Origin: Podarcis pityusensis
Taxonomy: Eukaryota
Strand: one strand, 5' to 3'
Length of the DNA: 64,000 nt
NCBI GenBank assembly: GCA_964106645.2
Contig: OZ067046.1
Shown here: positions 29,249-40,692 of the stretch, piece after piece
Position numbering within the stretch: position 1 is the stretch's first letter
Layout of the letters: each line of letters opens with the position of its first letter
The notes under the pieces: model-generated
The model's database searches: none
Seen by the model: the letters and a program-made list of their open reading frames with translations, nothing else
Told to the model about the DNA's origin: nothing
Translations under genes and position numbers: made by a program

Positions 29249-30734
29249 ATATAGGCAATTGCAATGAGAGCTTTTTGCTGCATCATTAAGTACTGAAGTT
29301 TAATTCAGCTCTTCTTGTATTCATTACTGTGAACAACTATCCTTCATTCTTCAAAGAAGATTGAAGCAAAGCCACAAGCATTGCCAGAAGGGAGACAAGC
29401 CACCTCTTTGCTGTGGGTGTCAGAACAGATCATTTGTGATTGAGTTGTGACATTAAGTCAAAGTATTCTATTGATTTCTCTCATTCAGATGGTAGAGTTC
29501 CTACAAGTAAATTAATGTCAAGATTCTAGGCTGACAGGTCACTGGAAAACACATTTCCATAGTATTTGAAGCTTATTCACACCACTATTGGCATGAAATT
29601 ATTTCTTAAATTGTAACAGCCAGCGCAGAAACCTGAAATATACGATACCAATTAATACTTAGCTTATCATTCTCAAAATTGTCGTTCTTATGTGAAAAAA
29701 TAATTTTAGAACACCTTTCTAAATAGTGGGAGAGAACACTGAGAGTATCAGAAGTTAGAAATTTCATTGCAAATGAACTTAGGAAATGTGTTTTCCCTCC
29801 CTTCATATTATATATCAGGAATACAAATCTCAAACTGGAAAATCAATTGTATTGGGGCAGCAATGCTATTTTTACCTTTAGCTCAGCTGCTTAGATTAAG
29901 TCACAAGGACTCCCATGAATGATAGCCACAATTTAGATTTATGCGAGTATGCTGTGTGAAGGATTTTTATCTTTCTGAAATATCAATGATTCTACAAGTC
30001 CTTGCTGCCCTTCACACCATCCTGTGAGAAAACTGTATTTATGAACCTTTTTTTAAAGGTGTCAACATAATTTTTGAATCTCCTTTTTTCTTAAAAAAAG
30101 CATGCCTTTGTTTCAACTCATAAGATAAATCCTGAAAACAATCTTCATTGACCAGTTAGGAAAATGACACTATTTTTCCTATGGGAAAAATGTGTTCATG
30201 TTTTTTTTTTTTTTTTAAATAGTATAATTAAAATACAATTTGTGGGGAGTGGGTGTTCATGATAACAAGGGTCAATCTTTCCATATTGCACTTTTTATTA
30301 TTTAACATCAGCTGCATTTTTCCATTTGAATTTCCAGACAAAGGAAATACAGGGGATTTGCAAGAGAACTATACAAAATATTAGTGTTGGAAAGGGGTTT
30401 TCTGTCATGTGCCCCCGTTGTTCTTTTCCTCAGTGCTAGATGTCATCCAAAACATGCAAACTCTTTAAACCACATACAATGATGTATTTATTATTGGAGT
30501 TCTTAATCCTGTAAAACGGTTTTCTTTAGTCAAAACAGACTGGACTGATTAAATAAATTGACCGTAGTTGACCAGGCCTCTGTGTTTACAGTAGCTGAAA
30601 CTACTACTAAATTGTAGAGGCGCTTTTTGGTGGGGCGGGGATTTTACAAAAACCTTGAATCTTTAATGAAACTTTCCCAGTGTCTTACCAGAGAAGATCA
30701 GTCCAAAGGTGATAGCTTATTTTCTTCTTCTTAG

Positions 30735-31015
30735 ATATGGCAATAATACTCGGAGCTATGTGGTGCGTGTTGGAGACTACCACACATTAGTGCCCGAGGA
30801 GTACGAGGAAGAAATTGGAGTACAAGAGATTGTGCAACACAAAGAATATAGGCCTGATAGCAGTGATTATGACATTGCGTTGGTGAGGCTGCAAGGACCC
30901 GAAGAGCAGTGCGCTCGCTTTAGCACCCATGTCTTGCCTGCTTGTTTGCCACTCAGACGAGAGAGGCCACAGAAAACTGCTCCCAATTGTTACATCACTG
31001 GATGGGGTGACACAG
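30735..31015 (+). CDS. PRSS12: Neurotrypsin protease-domain exon with catalytic Asp
   Basis: cttAG acceptor, GTaagg donor; YGNNTRSYVVRVGDYHTLVPEE...DYDIALVRL...CYITGWGDT. Confidence 0.96.
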
Positions 31016-31381
31016 GTAAGGATTGTTTTTACATCACAAAATAATTTTTTCCTTACTATGGTCAAGTGGACTTCTTGTCATAACTCACCTACGGGATGAG
31101 ATAAAAAAATTAAAATTTTAGATTTAAACTTAAGTTTTGATCATTCAACAAGTGTACAAAATATGAAGAAAACTGGATGACACGAGGTAAAAAAAGTTGG
31201 ATCACTTGATATGGAATGACCCAGCTAGTAAAAGCTTTTCAGACAGGTCTGCCTGGATTTTTGCTTGTAATACCAACTTTTGTTGTTGCTTAGATATGGC
31301 AGGTGCTAATTTTTCTATTCTAATGGTGCTCAATGTGTTGCAGTGGATTGTCTAAAATTGTTATGCTGTATCCCACCTTGG

Positions 31382-31733
31382 GGGATGCGGGTGGCGCTGT
31401 GGGTTAAACCACAGAGCCTAGGACTTGCCGATCAGAAGGTCGGCGGTTCGAATCCCCGCGACGGGGTGAGCTCCCGTTGCTCAGTCTCTGCTCCTGCCAA
31501 CCTAGCAGTTCAAAAGCACGTCAAAGTGCAAGTAGATAAATAGGTACCGCTCCTGTGGGAAGATAAATGGCGTTTCCGTGCACTGCTCTGGTTCGCCAGA
31601 ATTGGCTTAGTCATGGTGGCCACATGACCCGGAAGCTGTACACTGGCTGCCTCGGCCAATAAAGTGAGATGAGCACCGCAACCCCAGTCGGTCACGACTG
31701 GACCTAATGGTCAGGGGTCCCTTTACCTTTACC
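31382..31733 (+). mobile_element. Sauria SINE
   Basis: Same family; 13-bp TSD with one mismatch, tatc(c/t)caccttgg (31369-31381 / 31734-31746). Confidence 0.88.
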
Positions 31734-32155
31734 TATCTCACCTTGGCAACTTCTGGTTTAACAGAATTGTTTGCACAAGTCTCAGAGTCAAGTATTCCTG
31801 CACAGAATTTTAAAATACTGCAAAAAGTTGCCTTCTATTGCTAGTGAGGTGGCTTGGGAGAGATAAATGAAAGGTATGGGTTCCATTGCATCCACATACT
31901 TTATTATTATAGTTTTTGTCCATTTTTTCCTATAGAAAGATGGCCGGAAATAACCTAATATATACTGTAGTTTTGTGGTATCTCCCTCCAAAAAAACCAT
32001 TGTCAATTACAAAGACCCTACTAAGTGTGAAAACAATGCTACATGGCAATTGACTGGCGTAGAAATAACATGTCTGGAGGGAATGCAGAAGACTGCAATA
32101 ATTCTAACACACATTTCACATTCAGTATGTCAAAGCCTATATTTTTCTACCACAG

Positions 32156-32463
32156 GAAGAGCTTACTCAAGAACATTGCAACAAGCTGCCATCCCTCTGC
32201 TTCCTAAAAGAATCTGTGAAGAACGCTATCGGACAAGGTTCACAGGAAGGATGCTCTGTGCTGGTAGCCTCCAAGAGCAGAAGCGTGTGGACAGCTGCCA
32301 GGGAGACAGTGGTGGGCCGCTCATGTGTGAACGCCCTGGAGAAAGTTGGGTTGTATATGGGGTGACCTCCTGGGGTTATGGCTGTGGAGTCAAAGACTCT
32401 CCAGGTGTCTATACCAAAGTTTCCTCCTTTGTACCTTGGATAAGAAGTGTGACCAAACTATGA
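32156..32463 (+). CDS. PRSS12: Neurotrypsin last coding exon with catalytic Ser and stop
   Basis: cacAG acceptor; RAYSRTLQQAAIPLLP...DSCQGDSGGPLMCE...PWIRSVTKL then TGA at 32461-32463. Confidence 0.97.
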
Positions 32464-34080
32464 CCATGCTCGCGTCACTGACCACTAACAGCACAGTCAG
32501 TACAAAGCTGTACACATTTTTCTGTGTATGCTTATTTTGTTGGATAAGATGGTAGTTCATCTTAAAGTAATGTTGACTTACATTGAAACACGGGGGGGAA
32601 GTAATACTTATTGTGTCCCCCTCATCCATGAAATCCCCAACGAATAGCACATTTAAATAATTGCACAAATAGTTCTCGATATACATATGAACATGACCTG
32701 TCCTATTTAAATGTGTAAAGTGGTAAAAGATCAATGCGCAATATCCATATAAAAGATTTTATGAGAATACACTTTTTAGGCAGAGTAAAATAAAGCTTCA
32801 CTAATTTACACTCATCACACTGGCTTGTAATATATATAGCAGACAGGCCCAACTTTTTGTACTCATTTGTAAGAGCTTTTCTTTTTGCCTTTCTGCAAGG
32901 CTTCAGACACACTAGATTGTGCTTACTACTAGCTTTCCATTAGATTTACATGACCTAGAACTAAGGCTTTCTTTTCAGACAACAAATCCTTCCATGATCC
33001 CTTTGCATGAGGCTATAGAAAAGATTTCATGACTCAAACCATTATGTAGCACCCAGAATGGACTTTAAAAATACAAAGAATCAATTTTACTTCAACCCGA
33101 GTTTCAAGTTTAATTATAAAATAGGAAACTGCATTATTTATGAACTGTAAGACTCTATAACCATTTGTTTGTTCCAATTGAATTTTCAAAAATGTTTTTA
33201 AAGATATAGCAATAACCGTGTCAAGAGGGTGATAGGTAGTTCCCAATCAACTGGTTATATACCGTACCTGTGAGATTGGTGTCTTTCCTTCACAAAATTC
33301 CTAATTGCAATGTGTCGGCCTTTGGGTGCTTCCTAGTTATGATAGGTGTGCATTTATGTACTCAGTGATGTTTCTACATGTATGGGTATGTTTTGTTGCA
33401 TTTTTTACCTAATACCTCAGCATCGTTTGAAAAGCACATGGGTTTGAAAAGAACCCAGATGACTGGTTTATATGGGAAGAATGTCAATGCAATAAATATA
33501 AAAATCCCCAAGAAAAACATTTGGCCCCATATGGCAAAGTATACAAATGTGGCAAAGAGCTACGCCTAACTTAAACATAAATTTTGTGCTCTATATGGAT
33601 ACTTCTCCATTTATATAGCTTTCTGTAACTTTCCACTTGGTACTTGATTTTATGTTAGGCAGCCTTCACCCTTATGAAACAAAGCATTCTTTAATGAAAT
33701 GTAAACTGCTAAATTGTTTTTAATAAACAATAGCCAGCTAAGTACAGGGGCTGGGATAGGTCTTCTAAAAGTATGTTGGACATCCAAGGTGCTAGGCTAT
33801 TTTTCCCTTTTCAAAACTATGTTGTATTAGTTAAATCATTTTTACTAGAAATGTGATTTGAAAACTTCCCGAGTTCAACATTTTGTTTTAAACTTGGCTG
33901 ACCTTACTTATCAAGCAATTTCAGTATGTCTAAGCATTTAGCAGTACAGTACAATCAAAAACTTATCTAGAAAGTATGGTTTTCAATCTTATTGAAGTCT
34001 TTGTCACAATTTTATATTTTGATCAAAGCCGTAAAACGTAACTTGCACAATAAAACCTGTCATTTATTGAAGTCTTTGTT
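32464..34080 (+). other. PRSS12: PRSS12 3' UTR (3' end inferred)
   Basis: AT-rich sequence after the stop. AATAAA at 32789, 33491, 33722 and 34049; the last is followed by a GT/T-rich stretch (34072-34080). Confidence 0.55.
34049..34068. terminator. Face-to-face polyadenylation signals: AATAAA on + (34049-34054) and AATAAA on - (34063-34068)
   Basis: The sequence reads aataaa-acctgtca-tttatt. Confidence 0.6.
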
Positions 34081-34632
34081 ATAAGCTTAAAGTGAAAATT
34101 TCACTTTTAAGATATATATCTCAACGTGCACCTACATTTGTTTTAAGTGTCAAGTAGGCAAAAATCTCAAACATGCCTGTTGTGTTTGTCCTAGGAACAA
34201 GTAGCTAACTGTGGCCATCATTTTTCTGTACGTCCATTTGAAATCTCATTAACCTTTTGTCCTTTTGTTTAATGCTTTTGATACAGCTCTTCTAATCTTC
34301 CCCACCCAAATAAGGGAAGTCACCTATCAAACAAAAAACGAAACCTTTCATAGGCTATTCTGTAATTTGTAAGGTTTTCACTTGGACACATGCAAAGATG
34401 CACGTGCTTGCTTCATCTTTTAGTGCTTTTCCAAGTCACAACAGTATTTGTAGAAGACTGAAGCTTTCAAAGTAATTTTAATTAAAACACAAGGTATGTG
34501 TACTGTGATTCTATCCCTTTAAAGGGACCCAAGTATGTACAAGGTTGCAATTAACTTAAGGAAATGCAAGAGCTGCTATCAGGGCAAATCACAGATATCA
34601 AAGCCCACTTTTAATTTATGTAGCCCATAGTA

Positions 34633-34817
34633 CAGTGGTACCTCGGGTTAAGAACTTAATTCGTTCTGGAGTTCTGTTCTGAACCTGAAGCACCACTTTA
34701 GCTAATGGGGCCTCCTGCTGCCGCACGATTTCTGTAAGCAAAGTTCTTAACCCAAGGTAATATTCCTGGGTTAGTGGAGTCTGTTACCAGAAGCGTATGT
34801 AACCCGAGGTACCACTG
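34633..34817. mobile_element. Tc1/mariner (Tigger-like) MITE
   Basis: 18-bp perfect TIR CAGTGGTACCTCGGGTTA, TA duplication on both sides. Confidence 0.9.
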
Positions 34818-36551
34818 TATCTTGTGCTAACATTTCCCCATTTCAACACCCCCCCCCCCTTGTGGACAAACTGAAATGTATCTAACCTGTATGTAAATTA
34901 CGGGCAATCCATTTCAGCTCACAAGCCAGATTTGTCTTTCACTTTTAGCTGCCTGGAGGTCACCTGCTCCATCAAAAATACTCCATCCTTACTTGATGTT
35001 ATGCCTAGAACTCTTTCAAAACACTAGTGTGATGTTATCTCTCCTTTCATTCAAATTAACACTCCAAACTCTGTTTCTACAGGGCAGGCAACATGGTGCC
35101 CTCCAAATATTACTCCAACATTCACCCCTGTCCATGCTGGCTAAGGCAGAGGGAAGATCCACTCCCCCTTCTTTTATCATGTTAAATTTTAAATGGTAAA
35201 ATTATTTGGGGGAAAAGGTCAAATGACAAATTGTGCATGACAGATTACAGAGTACATGAGGTGAGGCCCCTGTCCCAAGGAAGGAGACAGATAAAAGGAG
35301 AAAACATTCAACTATTTGTAGGCTCTGTTACACTATTGCACAGGAATGGTTTTTTTCAAATGACTTCAATGAAAAGTGCCTTTGAGATTCCTATTTTGTA
35401 AAGCACCACACACACTGATGCATTTGCAACACCTACTACTGTGATCAGCCAGGTTAAAACCAAGCAACTAAATTGGGAAAACAGTAAAAAATTGCAAACC
35501 ATTTTAATTTTAATGTATCAAAACCACAACATAAGGCAATATATACACATAAAAATACAAACTGAGGAGGCACTTTCCTCAATTTACTCCACAGCAGTTA
35601 AAGTGCCTTTACAAAGCAAACAAATCTTATACATTAATTTCAATTATTTAAACTGTATTCACTTGTAATATTTACAGCTTATAATAGCTTTGTTTCAGGC
35701 ACTAAAGTTATTTATGTTTTCATTGCTGTAACACTGTTGAGAACAAAAATTTCATGACTACCCTGTTAACACACACTTTTAGCAGAAGCATGTGCCACTT
35801 CCACTGCCCATCTTCAAACTCAAGAGTAGCAAGCACATATATCCTGCAAAAAGAAAAAAAGGATGCTAAGTTTTACAGCCCATCAAGATTTTATCGCAAC
35901 TCATTTTTAAAGATGAAGGAAATTATTAAGTTAGATTGTTTATGTATAGAAGTAATTTAGTGCAATCAAGTTGTATTTAAATATTTTTCCGCAAATAGCA
36001 CTGCGAAAGACTAAGCAGCTGGTCAAATGCCACACTCCCAAGGATACTAATTAAAGATGTCATGCATGCCTTCTTAGTTATCAGCTCTAATTTCAAAAGC
36101 ACTTTCACAGAATGTGCTAGTTTTGAAGAGGGCTTTTGAAGTAACATTGGAAGATGACCTTGAGACTCGCTTGTAAGAGAATTCCAATTTAAAACCCAAA
36201 GCCAGTGCAGTTAGAAGAGGAAGGAGGCTCCCCAACAGAAGCTTAACTGCCGAAAACGGCAAGTTCAAGGAGGCTCAATACGACCGCTTTTTAGGCCACA
36301 AGGTCACCCCCAAGCAAGGCCCTTTAGTAAGGAGTGCGCAGCTGACTCTTACCCAATATTACCATTGAAACTTTCAGCACTTTGCAATAATTACCAAAAA
36401 AACTTACTCTCACAACTGTGGGTAGCTTCAAAGCAAGCCACATTTGTACATTGACAAGGGGTTGATGGGGCAACTTCCTTTATGAAGGCGACCTCCCCTC
36501 CCTCCCCATTCCAGGCGACGATCCCTCAGCGCGGCGCCTCTACCGAAGGAA

Positions 36552-36686
36552 CGCTGTTACTTGCCCTAGTCAGAGTCTCGCCCCAATTAAATGGTGCGAG
36601 CTATGCCAAGGAGCAAGGTGACCGTTTGCTCTACCATGAATAGGAAGGGAGGCTGCCACGCTGGCAGGTCCCATGGAAGCATGGAG
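36552..36686 (-). ncRNA. SNORA24: Box H/ACA snoRNA SNORA24 (ACA24)
   Basis: - strand reads CTCCATGCTTCCATGGGACCTGCCAGCGTGGCAGCCTCCCTTCCTATTCATGGT-AGAGCA(H box)-AACGGTCACCTTGCTCCTTGGCATAGCTCGCACCATTTAATTGGGGCGAGACTCTGACTAGGGCAAGTA-ACA-GCG. Two hairpins, ACA 3 nt from the end, and close similarity to mammalian SNORA24 as I recall it. Confidence 0.93.
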
Positions 36687-37181
36687 TTGGTCCCCGCCCC
36701 CACTCTTTACCCGGCAGTCCCAGCGAGCGCACGAGGCGCGCGTTACTCGGCATTTGAAAACGACGCCGGAGCGCAAGAAGGCGGCCCTCAGCGCCTCAGG
36801 ATTCCCTTCCGAAGTAAAGTAAGTTGTCCTACCTGTAGGCCCGCTTGGCTCTTCCTGTTCGGCGTCGCTAGGACTCCCCCCGCCCTCCCCCTCCCGAAAC
36901 AACAGCCTCCTTTTAAGCACTGCGACAGTTGCGGCGCATGCGCGCTAGATGCCCTTCGCTCTCCTGAAGCATCTTACGCTCCGAGACGAAGGGACGCTTC
37001 TCCTGCGAAAAGCACGCTCTGGTTACAGGCGCGTACTCAGGAGAAACACGGGAAAATAACCATCCCCTGTATTTCTCTTCCCTTTCCCCACCCTCGCCTA
37101 GGCCTAGGCCCAGGCCCAGGCCCAGGCCCACCCTTCCTCTTCTTCCAACTAAAGCCCAACCGTCGCCTCCAGAACGCCTTC

Positions 37182-37219
37182 GAAAAGGAAGAGGCGCGCG
37201 CCTCGCGAGCGCTTTTATA
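37182..37219 (-). promoter_or_regulatory. TATA box plus TCT/5'TOP initiator
   Basis: - strand: TATAAAA (37219-37213), then GC-rich spacer, then CTCTTCCTTTTC (37193-37182). TATA sits about 26-28 nt upstream of the likely start C. Confidence 0.82.
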
Positions 37220-39695
37220 ATGGGGAGGAGGCCACGCCCACTTCTCGGGCTGGAGGGCCGGGCCTGTTGAGCCGTTGGTGCGAGGCGCGCGTGCGCACCG
37301 TCTCCCGCTTTCGGTTGGGCGAGGTTTCAGTCTCTCAAGTGCGCTTCACGGAAGTCTGTACCTTGCAAGCAAGCGGGGCCTCCGCCTGCGACACAGTGTA
37401 AATTGGCAGACTAGTCGTACTTGCATTGAGCTCTCTGAAACCACATGAATAAACTTAGTGGGGCTGAGGCCAGGCGCCTCCACTTCCACAGAAGGTAGGC
37501 TAGTTTATGGGGGAGCTGCTGTTAACCTACACAGCAGTCGTTATCGCGAAAGCAACATGTAAATGGGTTGTACGTGTAACGCAGCTGGTGGGCAGCCGCC
37601 TGTTAGTGGTTCTGAATTGATGTGGAACAAATCGCGAAGTTACCTGTGAATTGATTCCTTTACAGAAGAGTTCTTACTGGTTTCCAAAGTAGTTCCCAGT
37701 AACGAATCGGAGACAGAGAACGTACGGTATTCATTTTACTGTGCAGCGAATTAAGCAAAACACATCGGGCCCCGTGAACCCGTTTCTGGGGTGGGGTAGG
37801 AAAACCATGATCACTTTGTGTGATGTAATATGTGAAATAGTCTGGCACTAGAGAAATTCGTGTCATCAAACGCATCGTAGTCAAGAGAAACATTAAGAAA
37901 CGGCAGCGATCCTTTCGGTCTACTGTATACATTTAAACAAATGAACAATGATTGGTGGATGCTCCTGTGCTTTTCATTCAATCTGCCGTACTCGGAAAAC
38001 CATACGTAGTAGGAAATAAATTTGGCCACTGGATGGTGCTTTTGCTTCATAGCCTTGACCAAATTTTGAGGGGAAAGTTTTACATATTTAAATAATGCAG
38101 TTACTTTTATGTATTAACTGCCTGTAATTATGTATATATTCCATATATGGGATGCAGTAATCAATAATTACATTTTTTTTGCTAGTCGCAACTTGCACCA
38201 AACCTGCTGCCCCAGCCTCCAGCAAGGGCATTCCAGAATGGGCATCGCTGCTTGAAGGAGAGAGTTGCTAGTTGGGCATCCCTGCTTGAAAGTGCCCTGA
38301 GCACCTTTATGCAGGAACATCCAACATCCTCCCTTGCCAGAGGGAAGGAAAATAGCAGTTTGGGTGCAAGTGAGTAGAGAGTCCCTGTTTGAAGTGGGCC
38401 TTCAGGTAGGGAAGTCCAACAGGCACATTCTGCTTGCCCGCCTTTACTGTACTGAGGAGCAGCAGGAAAGGATTGCCAGTTGAGTCCTATGAGGTTAAGA
38501 CTCTCCAGGTGCCTTTTGGCTGTGCAACTGCCAAACATCTTCCAACTTTCCTTGCATTTGAGGAGATGTTGAGGATCTCTGTCTACCTCTGCAGCTTCAG
38601 ATTTGGAAGGTTTAGCACCTGACTGTGCTCTTCAGAGGGAGGTACTATAGTCATTAGCTGGGAGTTGGGCTAGATGATGCTTCAATTCTTCCAACTCTAT
38701 AGTTATGATTCTATGATTCATCAAGATGAGCAGAATTATTGAAAATAGTGATGCCTTTTATTACTACAAAAATGTTCCATCTTTGCAAATCAGTTGTTGA
38801 GACTGATGGTGTCATTAGTATACAAATCAAATTTATATGTCTTCCCCCAAAAATTTTGAGCAGTTTGCGTATTCCCCAAAGGCAAAGAGAGACTTGATGC
38901 ACATATATGCTTTCTAGAATGTTGGGTTGTGACCCAAGTGCTTTAATAACAGGACTGATCATTATTGTTTGTAGAGGCTTTCTGAAAAGTTGATGAGCAG
39001 TAGGGATGGTTTCAGTTTCTGCTTTCATTCCAATTGATACTGGAAGCATTTCACTGTAACCAGAATTTTAAAGCTTTGTCCTGTACTTGTAGTCACATTA
39101 AGTGCTGCTGCAGACAAGCTATAATCTCTGGAGTTACACATATAATGTAGATGGTTTTAGCTATTGTTGTTTGTCTCTACTTAAAGCCAAACAGTTTATT
39201 CAAGTTTTTATTTTTTGCTTTTAGAATAAATTGAAGTGAATTCATTAGGATTTCTTAGCCCACTTGGATGTTCCAAGGGATACTCCATAGGCTCTGGTAT
39301 TAATAGTGTTGAAGATTTAGACACAAATTGACTATTGTGACACAAATTTAGAACAAGGAGTATATTGTCATGTATATCTCAAGTTGTTCCTGTTCTTCAC
39401 TTCATATGTAATAAGCTGCCAGTCAGCTGTAACTGAGGGTTAAGTGCAACTTTTTTTCTGCAGTGTGAGAGGATGCTTAACAGGACATTGTGCTGCCTGA
39501 CACAGAGCCATTGCTGCTTCCCCGTGAGCCTCACTTCTGCACAGATCACTTCTTCCTTTCATCCAAGGCTCTCCAGCGACTTCTGCTGACAGTATGCTGC
39601 TCTCTCTTTTCTTCCCAACCCTACACTGCATATAACACCAATGTCTCAAAACAAATGTAACTGAAGAACCTGAAGAAAGAGACAATGCATGTGCT

Positions 39696-39948
39696 CCCCC
39701 CCCTTTATTTTTTATTTTTTTTAAAAAAAATTTATTAAGGATTTTCTTGTTTTACAGAAGTAAGTGTAATGCCTTGTATTTTTTTTTACATGTAACATTT
39801 TTACAAATCTGTTTCATTTGTTGAGGCATTAGGGGGAGAAGAAAAAGAAAGAAAAAAGAAAGGGGGGATGGAGAGAGGGAAGATGGATGGGGGTGGCGTC
39901 GGGTGTGGTGTTTGACACCAAACTCTACATACATTAAACATAATAGAA
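39696..39948 (-). mobile_element. Short polyadenylated retro-insertion (L1-type 3' end)
   Basis: 14-bp TSD acaatgcatgtgct (39682-39695 / 39949-39962); - strand AATAAA (39736-39731) followed by an A-rich tail. Confidence 0.7.
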
Positions 39949-40692
39949 ACAATGCATGTGCTTTTGAAAGCGAGGGGAAATTATTGTTTTTTTAAAGAAG
40001 AAAAGGAGTGTGTAGCAGCCCCCAATATTTAAAGAGCCCCCACCCCATTACATCATTAGAACCAGAACATAAACCTATGAAACTAGGAAAGAGCAAAAAA
40101 TATCAATGTTTGGTCCAGATCCTAGGTATTGCACCCTCACTAAATGAGACTTATGGCCTCAAATTCTCTTTATCTTATATGCTGCTTTACTACAACAAGG
40201 ACGACTAGACTACTGATCCTAAACTGTATAGTTAGTTGCCCAACCACCCGCTCCAGAACCCACTGCTCTCAACTGACTCTCAACTGCCTCACATTCAAAC
40301 TCCCTTTCAAACCATCATCCAATCATCACTCACCACCAGAATTCCAAAATCTCTCTTCCCCCTCCTTAATATTCCCATAATAATTCTGATACAATTACCT
40401 TAATAACTCTATTACATTCAATATTTTATCCATGCTGCTCCCTATAACCATACTGTTAGAAGCACTTGAGCTTCCCATTCCTGGCTTTCTAGAAAATGGG
40501 GGTGAGCAAACTGCAGGTTCTCCATCCCTGTTCTAAAAAGCAGATGTCTTCCCCCCAAATGATCCTGGGAATTGTAGTTTGTTAGGGGTTCTGGGGATTG
40601 TAGGTCTGTGAGAGGGAAGCCACAATGGCACAAATCATTTCAGGGGAAGTCATGTGCTTTAAAGGCACATTGGATGCTCTTTAAAACATAGT

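Larger units (their letters stand above)
34045..37193 (-). ncRNA. SNHG8: Small nucleolar RNA host gene, non-coding, 5'TOP class; SNHG8 orthologue by synteny and cargo
   Basis: TATA and pyrimidine-tract start at 37219-37182; intronic SNORA24; - strand donors at 37131 (GTGGGC), 36977 (GTAAGA), 36407 (GTAAGT), 36352 (GTAAGA); acceptors at 37003, 36478, 36416, 35844 (strong U-tract) and 34324; AATAAA at 34068-34063. The order NDST3-SNHG8-PRSS12 is known from mammals. The exact exon model is tentative. Confidence 0.78.
36500..37640. promoter_or_regulatory. CpG island / promoter of the snoRNA host gene
   Basis: The only extended CpG-dense segment in the window. Contains NRF1-like GCGCATGCGC (36934-36943), TCGCGA (37203-37208), Sp/KLF-like CCACGCCC (~37232-37239) and ETS-like CGGAAGT (37349-37355). 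Confidence 0.85.

Noticed and set aside
36092-36127. Hairpin TTCAAAAGCAC...GTGCTAGTTTTGAA as a second snoRNA
   Set aside because: No correctly placed H/ACA or C/D boxes were found around it
36591-37220. 209-aa + strand ORF, and the 116-aa and 72-aa - strand ORFs in the same region
   Set aside because: Expected by-product of the GC-rich island. They overlap the snoRNA and promoter, have low-complexity content and show no recognisable domain.
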